A DNA stretch of 62,966 nucleotides, filler included, from Octopus bimaculoides (Eukaryota), in NCBI RefSeq assembly GCF_001194135.2. It is 4 parts of 3 records of this genome, joined end to end, with 100 filler letters (N's around TTAATTAATTAA, not from the genome) between each part and the next. Parts side by side here need not be neighbours in the genome. Positions count along the whole stretch, not along the records: positions 46,984 to 60,803 come from NC_068988.1; positions 60,904 to 62,966 come from NC_068998.1; 2 more parts are not named here. One strand, given 5' to 3'. Below, piece by piece: positions 55,194-62,966 of the stretch (positions are counted from its first letter, which is position 1; every line of letters starts with the position of its first letter). Both the position numbers and the translations under genes were made by a program. Below the pieces are notes generated by a model. That model had not been told where the DNA came from, made no database searches, and was given only the letters and a program-made list of their open reading frames with translations.

Positions 55194-55243
<50 letters not shown>

Positions 55244-55388
55244 TGTATGCACACACAAACGTATCTAAACTTACATGCGTGGGAGTTTATATGCCTATGT
55301 GCATATATGTTTTATGATGTCTATATATACATGTATACATCTATATATATATGATGTCTGTATATACATATCTACATCTATATATGCA

Positions 55389-55423
<35 letters not shown>

Positions 55424-55432
55424 AGTGCATAC

Positions 55433-55494
<62 letters not shown>

Positions 55495-56159
55495 GTGTGC
55501 CTGTACACACACACACACATATAAATATATATGCGTGTGAATGAGTATATATATATATATGGGTGAGTCAACGTATGTATGTTCGTATGTAAAATTACAC
55601 ATGCATACTCACACACATACACGTAGTTACAGATGACTAACCCATGACTACAATATATTTTGAAACATTTGTAGATTATAATGACGAAGGGTTTTAGCAG
55701 AATTCATACTTCCATATTTATGACATATGTCAGCTTTTAAAACTCATATAGAGAGACACACACCCCATTGAAAGCACACATAGACTTACAGTGTTCTTTA
55801 AATACATATATCGACGTGCATGTCTATTAAAGCACATATGTAGACATGTAGATATAAGCACGTATGTAAATACTGAAGTACATATTGTTGCTATTATGCA
55901 AAAGTGTCGTAAGTACAAAACGTTGCCGTTGCAGAGAACGAAAAAAATATTTCCCCCATTCCATAGCAAAACCATTATACTACACTTTGACAATTTTTGA
56001 TCTCTTGGCATAAGAAGCAACTGGAGATACGATAGTTTGACCAAAAGAACCGGCTATAGCAAGCTAAAATAAATGTCAAAAAAAGAAAAAAACCGCATTT
56101 GGCCACATTTGGACATACGACAATTTAACATAATAGCAACGATATATAGACATATACAT

Positions 56160-56540
56160 GGAGGCGCAATGGCCCAGTGGTTAGGGCAGCGGACTCGCGG
56201 TCATAGGATCGCGGTTTCGATTCCCAGACCGGACGTTGTGAGTTTTTATTGAATGAAAACACCTAGAGCTCCACGAGGCTCCGGCAGGGGATGGTAGCGA
56301 ACCCTGCTGTACTCTTTCACCACAACTTTCTCTCACTCTTACTTCCTGTTTCTGTTGTGCCTGTAATTCAAAGGGTCAGACTTATCACATTGTGTCACGC
56401 TGAATCTCCCCGAGAACTACGTTAAGGGTACACGTGTCTGTGGAGTGCTCAGCCACTTGCACGTTAATTTCACGAGCAGGCTGTTCCGTTGATCGGATCA
56501 ACTGGAACCCTCGACGTCGTAAGCGACGGAGTGCCAACAC
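56160..56540 (+). mobile_element. Full-length tRNA-derived SINE (family C) with a 13-bp TSD
   Basis: A box TGGCCCAGTGG (56170-80), B box GTTTCGATTCC (56214-24). TSD ATAGACATATACA at 56146-58 and 56541-53. The tail (gagaactacgttaagggtacacgtg...gtgccaac) recurs at 17029-17170 and 46395-46525 on the minus strand. Confidence 0.9.
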
Positions 56541-56799
56541 ATAGACATATACAATCGCATTGAAGTACATTTGTACACACACAGTTTTAGTGAAACATTG
56601 ATGTAGACATATACAGTCCTGTTGAAGCTCATAAGGTGTCGATACACAATCTTAATGAAGCATATATACTGATGTAAGCAGTTTCTGAAGCTCACCTTTC
56701 ATCTTTTACCATTTATTTATTTCAGTCATTTGACTGCAGTCCTGTTGATATATGGCTGTCTTTGATGGCAATATTTGTCGAGCTATGAAAATCGTTATC

Positions 56800-57210
56800 G
56801 CGCCGGGCAGAATGGTTAAAGACATTTCGTCTGTCTTCACGTTCTGACTTCAAATTCCACCGTGGTCGACTTTGCTTTACATCCTTTTGGAGTTGATAAA
56901 ATAAGTACCAGTTGAACTCTGGGGGTCGATGTAATCGACATATTTCCTTCCCCGAAAATGCTGGCATTGTGCTAGAATTTGAAATCAAAATTTGGCTTTT
57001 CTAGGCAGAATCGTTAGCGCGCTGGACAGAATGCTTAGCAGTATACTGCGCGTCATTACATTGTGAGTAGGAATTTCGCCAGGGTAGAATTTGCCTTTCA
57101 TCCTGTCGGGGTCGATGAAACAAGTATCAGTTGAGCTCTGAGATCGATATAATCGACTTGACCTCTTACTCGAACTTGCTGGCTTTCTGCTATAATTTCA
57201 GACCAATATT
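56800..57210 (+). mobile_element. Two tandem SINE family A copies
   Basis: ggcagaatggttaaag...gtcgatgtaatcgac...ctagaatttgaaatc, followed directly by ggcagaatcgttagc...cagaccaat. Confidence 0.78.
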
Positions 57211-57435
57211 TGGTTGTCCTTATATTAATTTGGAAATAATAAATTCGAAGCAGATACGAGATATCTTCTCGCGTGATAACAGAAACTTAAGATTAAGGTT
57301 TGTGTCTACAGAAGGAGAGGATGTTTGAATATACTTCTAATATATTCAAATATGGTTACTATTTCACCTGATATCGGCGAGAAAATAATTTAAAGAGTGG
57401 CAACCACATACATATATAGTCTCATGTAGATATAA

Positions 57436-57517
<82 letters not shown>

Positions 57518-58025
57518 TACGCACGCACGCACACACACACACACACACACACACCCGCCACAAAAATACAAACTCAGCTAGTTTCAAAGTTATTACAGGT
57601 AGTTATGGCGGACCCATTTTATAAAGTAGAACCTTCGGTAGAAATCCTGATTGTGACCGAGATCCATACATAAATATGCATATTCACACACACACACACA
57701 CACATGCACGTACGCACGTACGTATGTACGTATGTACGTACGTACGTATGTATATGATATTCAGAAATTCAAAGTAACGCATTTGTTACTTCGAAGTAAC
57801 GAACTTATTTCTGGCTATTTCAAGTTGCTGGGAATTAGCTATGGTCTCCATCCGGAAGAAAGAAAACAGATGAATTATTGCCAGAATGATGTAGTGATCA
57901 GAAAAAAATAAATAATAATAATATAGATTATATATTTCAACATAAATTATATACGATCACTTTACAAATGTATTTAGTATACTGTTCCTTGTTTGTACAA
58001 AGCAAGCAATAAATACTATACCATG

Positions 58026-58061
<36 letters not shown>

Positions 58062-59224
58062 GTGTATGTGTGTGTGTGTGTGTGTGATGGAGGAGGAGAA
58101 GTAAAAAACGATCTTTGATAGGGACGCATTAAACATATGTTTTATTGAAGTTTTAGAATACGAACTGGAAGCTAATATGTATTACATATCACACACACAC
58201 AAAAAAAAAAGAGAAAAAAGGTGAGCCAACTGGCAAAGCATAAAAAAACCTATATTTTTCTCTTTATTTTGTTGTATTTTTTACTGGTTATTTATTTATT
58301 TTTTTTTTTCATTTTCATTGAGATATATAATAATGTTAGAGCTTTGAGATTTTACCAAATTCGTGTAAATGATACGTTTAAACATGAACGTTTATTATGT
58401 GTTTTGAGAGATTTCATTGATAAATAAATATATACTGTCAGGTGTAAAGTAAGACAACCACTTTCAGTTTATCTATATTTTTGCAAAAGTATACCCATAT
58501 CGAGTAAAAAGTCTTCACCCTCCCCCACACACATGTGTGAAGCTAGATATATTTACACACACACATATGCATGTATATGCATGCATATATATTATAATAT
58601 ATTATTTACAACTGTGCGTGAGTGTGTGGAGGTATGTTGCATCTCGATCGTAAAACTGTGGTTTTGATTCCTTGTGCGGATGATGTTTTTGTGTTCTTGC
58701 GTAAACCACTTTTACGTTGTACCAATTCACTCAGTTGGCAAAAATCTGTAACCCTGCGAAGGACCGGTGTCTCGTCAAGGCCTGAGAGGAATATGTATTT
58801 TACAGAATCCGGGAAACTTGCCTTATTTAGCTTTTGACTCAAGAAAGACTTTTGCTTCTTCTGTTACATGCATGGGATATGTAACACACTGCCTAAATAC
58901 CAATCTTGAGAAATTAGGCTTTTCAAAACCAGAAAGGGGAAAGCTAATTCGAAGACTACAGATCAAATCCATCACTGGAAATGTAAAAATCTGTAAAACT
59001 TACCAGAAGTTTAGCATTTAAATATATATGTGAGCATGTCTAGATATGTAACTATATGCATGAGAATACATACATAAAGCAAGACATACAAATCTGCACA
59101 TATACATACATACATACATACATACATACATACATACTTACATACATACAAACAAAAGCACCCTGTCGTTGATGTTGAAATTCCAATGAAGAAACCTTGG
59201 ATTTAGGTTAGAAACCGGTTCTTT

Positions 59225-59785
59225 CTCTATTGGCAAGAAATCTTGAGATAAAACTGAACAATGACTTAGCGGTTCGGCAAAAGAGACCGATAGAATAAGT
59301 ACTAGGCTTCTAAAGAATAAGTCCTGGGGTCGATTTGCTCGACTAAAGGCGGTGCTCCANNNNNNNNNNTAAAGAATAAGTCCTGGGGTCGATTTGCTCG
59401 ACTAAAGGCGGTGCTCCAGCATGGCCGCAGTCAAATGACTGAAACAAGTAAAAGAGTATATGTACATACGTAAATACGTATCTACTCAGAGGAACTTCGT
59501 TCTCATGACCTCTAATTAAAGCAATAATAATTGATCTTATTGATTGGGATTCAAAAGGACTTCCCCACAAACTTACATCATAAAAGATGGCAGACAAACG
59601 CTGCATGGTTGTTTAGTGCACAGCAACAGTCAATCATTCACTATTGAATTGCATATATTTGATAGGAAGTTAGTTTACTTCCCAACCACATGGTTTCGGA
59701 TTCAGCCCCATTTCGGGGCGCCTTCGGAAAGTGCCTTCTGCTAGTGTGAATTGGTATAATGGGAACAGAAATGATCCCGTTATGT

Positions 59786-59872
<87 letters not shown>

Positions 59873-60110
59873 AGTACGTGAAGAATAATTCAATTATACA
59901 CAAGTGTACTCTGTTACTTGTTTCAGTCATTTGACTCCGGTCATGCTGGAGCACCACCTTTAGTCGAACAAATCGACCCCAGGCATTATTCTTTGTAAGC
60001 CTAGTACTTATTCTACCGGTTTCTGTTGCCGAATCGGTAAGTTACGGGGTCGTAAGCACGCTAACATCGGTTGTCAAGCGATAGTGGAGGGACAAACACA
60101 GACGTACAAA
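59225..60110. mobile_element. Cluster of SINE family B pieces in both orientations
   Basis: Tail on + at 59266-59458, head on + at about 59615-59790, tail on - at about 59905-60110. Confidence 0.8.
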
Positions 60111-60329
60111 CTTATACATATACATTTATTACAACACACAGAGGAACGAAAATATAGAGGGTGGGGAGGAATTAGTGTAATGGACATTTTCTTTTCTTAT
60201 ATTCTTTTACTTCAAGGCGGCGAGCTGGCAGAAACGTTGTTTACTGGGGTCGATCTAACCGACTGGCCCCCTCCTCCCAAAATTTCGAGTCTTGTGCCAA
60301 GAGTAGAAAAGAATATTTGCAATATACAA

Positions 60330-60560
60330 GGCGATGAGCTGGCAGAATGGTTAGCACGCCGGGTGAAATGTTTAGCGGTATTTCGCCTGCCGCTACGTTC
60401 TGAGTTCAAATTCCGCCGAGGTCGACTTTGCCTTTCATCCTTTCGGGGTCGATAAATTAAGTACCAGTTACGCACTGGGGGTCGATGTAATCGACTCAAT
60501 ACGTTTGTCTGTCCTTGTTTGTCCCCTCTATGTTTAGCCCCCTGTGGGCCATAAATAAAT
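60330..60560 (+). mobile_element. SINE family A, full copy with tail type 2
   Basis: ggcgatgagctggcagaatggttagcacgcc...ctgagttcaaattccgccgaggtcgactttgcctttcatcctttcggggtcgataaattaagtaccag...ctgggggtcgatgtaatcgact, then the tail ...gtttgtcccctctatgtttagcccc. More than 15 related copies in the window. Flanked by copies at 60216-60311 and 60562-60761. Confidence 0.9.
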
Positions 60561-60903
60561 GAGAAACGTTAGCACGCCGGGCGAAATGCTTAGCGGTATT
60601 TCATCTAACTTTATGTTCTGAGTTCAAATTCTGTCGCGGTCGACTTTGCCTTTCATCCTTTCTGGGTCGATAAATTAAGTACCAGTTGTGTACTGGGGTT
60701 GATCGAATCGACTAGCCGCCTCCTCCCAAAATTTCGGGCCTTGTGCCTAGAGCAGAAAAGTATATTCTTTTATTTCATCCAGCCATTGGACTGCGGTCAT
60801 GCTNNNNNNNNNNNNNNNNNNNNNNNNNNNNNNNNNNNNNNNNNNNNTTAATTAATTAANNNNNNNNNNNNNNNNNNNNNNNNNNNNNNNNNNNNNNNNN
60901 NNN

Positions 60904-60958
<55 letters not shown>

Positions 60959-61314
60959 CAGGGAATAGAAATGGTTAAAATAAATAATTGAAGCATTGGC
61001 AACACACGATAATGGTATTTTTACAGATTGTTAAACATCACTTTCAGATTAAACATTGCTCTCCGCCTCTCTCGCTCTCTCTCTCTCTTTCTCTCTCTCT
61101 GTTGCTCTTTCCCTCCCTCCTTCTCTCACCCTTCTATCCCCCTCTCTGTATAACTTGTCACACACGCAAACCATATACACACATATACACACATATGCAC
61201 ACAGACACTTCTCAAACAACTTGTATTAACTCTATTAATACGGTACTTTTGGAAAAGCGAAGTTGTTTCCTTCAAACGGTCATGATATATCGCTCCTTCT
61301 ATCCATCTATCTAC

Positions 61315-61348
<34 letters not shown>

Positions 61349-61657
61349 ATCTGTGTGTCTGTCTACCTGTGTGTCTGAGGGAAACATTCGGTTACATTGA
61401 CGACAATATTTTGACTGATGCTTGATTTTATTGACCTTCGATCAATGAAAAACAAAGTTGACCTCGGCGAGATTTGAACTCAGAATGCAAAATCCTGGAA
61501 TTATAACCTCTAGGCATTTTGTTCGACTCGCTAGTAATTCTACCAATTCACTGCCCTCGAGGATATTAACAACAAGAGCAGATATTTGATGTACTATTTC
61601 CTCCATTATATGGATACCTACAAATATCAAGAAGATTAAGATGATGAAATACCTTAA

Positions 61658-62040
61658 TACGAGAGTGAGTCAAAAGGTAATGCCTCCATTTTGTTTAGGA
61701 CAGGTATAATTACCAACACAGGAACATGTATCATACGTCAAAATGAAGCTGGTCCTCTGTGGATCACATCCCTACTTCTCAACATCGTCACCGTTTCTCT
61801 CAATAGCAATGTTCCACCTTCGTATGAGAGCATGTATCCCTGCCCCGTAAAATTCTGTTGACTGTTCTTTGAGCCACATCTTCACTACAGTTTTCACTTC
61901 CTCGTCACTGGAATAATGTTTGCCTCTCAAAGCCTCTTTCATGGGGCCGAAGATATGATAGGCGCTAAATTGGTATTGAACGCAGATCCCAGTGAATGAA
62001 AAATAAACTTCTCAACGGTTTGGCCACATTGCATCTTGCA
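61658..62040 (-). mobile_element. Mariner C-terminal fragment with TIR
   Basis: Minus strand YHIFGPMKEALRGKHYSSDEEVKTVVKMWLKEQSTEFYGAGIHALIRRWNIAIERNGDDVEK* (stop 61772-61774). Terminus TA-cgagagtgagtcaaaaggtaatgcc is a mariner-type TIR. Confidence 0.88.
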
Positions 62041-62204
62041 GAATCGATTATATCGAATCCAATACTTAATTAGCGTCATTTTGTATTGGAAAAAGTTTGA
62101 CAAATTTTCTTTTGATTCTTATAAAGGAAGTCGAAATGAAGTTTTATATAAATTCAAAATTGCTATAATCAGGAATTACGATACAAATGAAACAATAAAA
62201 ATTA

Positions 62205-62510
62205 AACTAGTACTTATTTTACGAATCTCTTTTGCTGAACCGCAAAGTTACGGGGACGTAAACACGCCAACACAGGTTGTCAAGGGGTGATGGGGGTGGG
62301 GATCAAACACAAATACAAAGACATACATACACAGATATATACATACATATATATCCATATAGGACGAGCTTCTTTCAGTTTCCGTCTACCAAGTCCACTC
62401 CCAAGGATTTGGTCATCCGAGTAGAAGATACTTGCCCAAGGTGCCACGCAGTGGGACTGAACCCGGAACCGTTTGGTTGGGAAGCAAGCTTATTTTGACA
62501 TAGCCACACA
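62205..62510 (-). mobile_element. SINE family B copy
   Basis: ttttgctgaaccgcaaagttacggggacgtaaac...ttcagtttccgtctacc...agaagatacttgcccaaggtgccacgcagtgggactgaacccggaacc. Related fragments at 53176-53335 (-) and, diverged, 10670-10860 (-). Confidence 0.85.
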
Positions 62511-62846
62511 GATACGCCTGCGCCTATTTAGGGAAAGAATTTTCATAAATTGAAAGAAAACAGTTTGCCGTGAGGAAGACAAATGAAAATTATGGCGCTT
62601 CAGACGTAACCCTTTGGTGGTACGAAATGTCCAGTTTCATGAAAATTAAAAACAAATTCCTGACATTGAAACCCCAAATTCTCCGTACGGTGTTGCTGTG
62701 GTCCTGTGGGACCACAGTTTCGCAGTTAATTACGAACAGGTCTCAATCCTTCATTAAATATATCTCTTTATCCATAATTTGATTTGTATGACTCTCTAAC
62801 GAGACTGTCAATCAACCACACTACTACTACTACTACTACTACTTAC

Positions 62847-62881
<35 letters not shown>

Positions 62882-62966
62882 ATAATAATAATGATAATAA
62901 TTGTCATGGTTTCAAATTTTTACACAAAGCCAGTAATATCGGAGGGAGGGGGTGAATTGATAAGAT

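Noticed and set aside
56160-56232. tRNA-like sequence
   Set aside because: No complete acceptor stem or regular anticodon loop; it is the head of a TSD-flanked SINE.
59311-59418. Exact 49-bp direct repeat either side of 10 N
   Set aside because: Contig-overlap (negative gap) artefact inside a SINE tail.

Overview
AT-rich eukaryotic DNA, dense in microsatellites, with 18 N-gap runs. The tRNA-derived SINE families, simple-repeat load and gene content point to a cephalopod, probably Octopus (inference). Only one host coding segment is supportable: the terminal coding exon (M4 helix plus C-terminus) of a nicotinic acetylcholine receptor subunit at 22496-22678 (+). No upstream exon of this gene is recognisable in the preceding 22.5 kb. 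The rest is intron or intergenic sequence holding dozens of SINE copies from at least three modular families, decayed LINEs (RTE, R4/Dong, CR1-like), a Penelope GIY-YIG remnant, three mariner remnants and a MITE-like foldback. Nearly all ORFs in the supplied track are microsatellite, N-gap or SINE artefacts. The most interesting signal is invisible to the ORF track: minimal type I hammerhead ribozymes of the Penelope-like kind. Two lie head-to-head in a 104-bp-arm palindrome bounded by an 11-bp target-site duplication (32169-32456), a different one is at 52837-52908, and two decayed relics are at 3452-3494 and 29858-29901. Also notable is an RTE LINE whose ORF ends in three tandem C2H2 zinc fingers (53601-54268).
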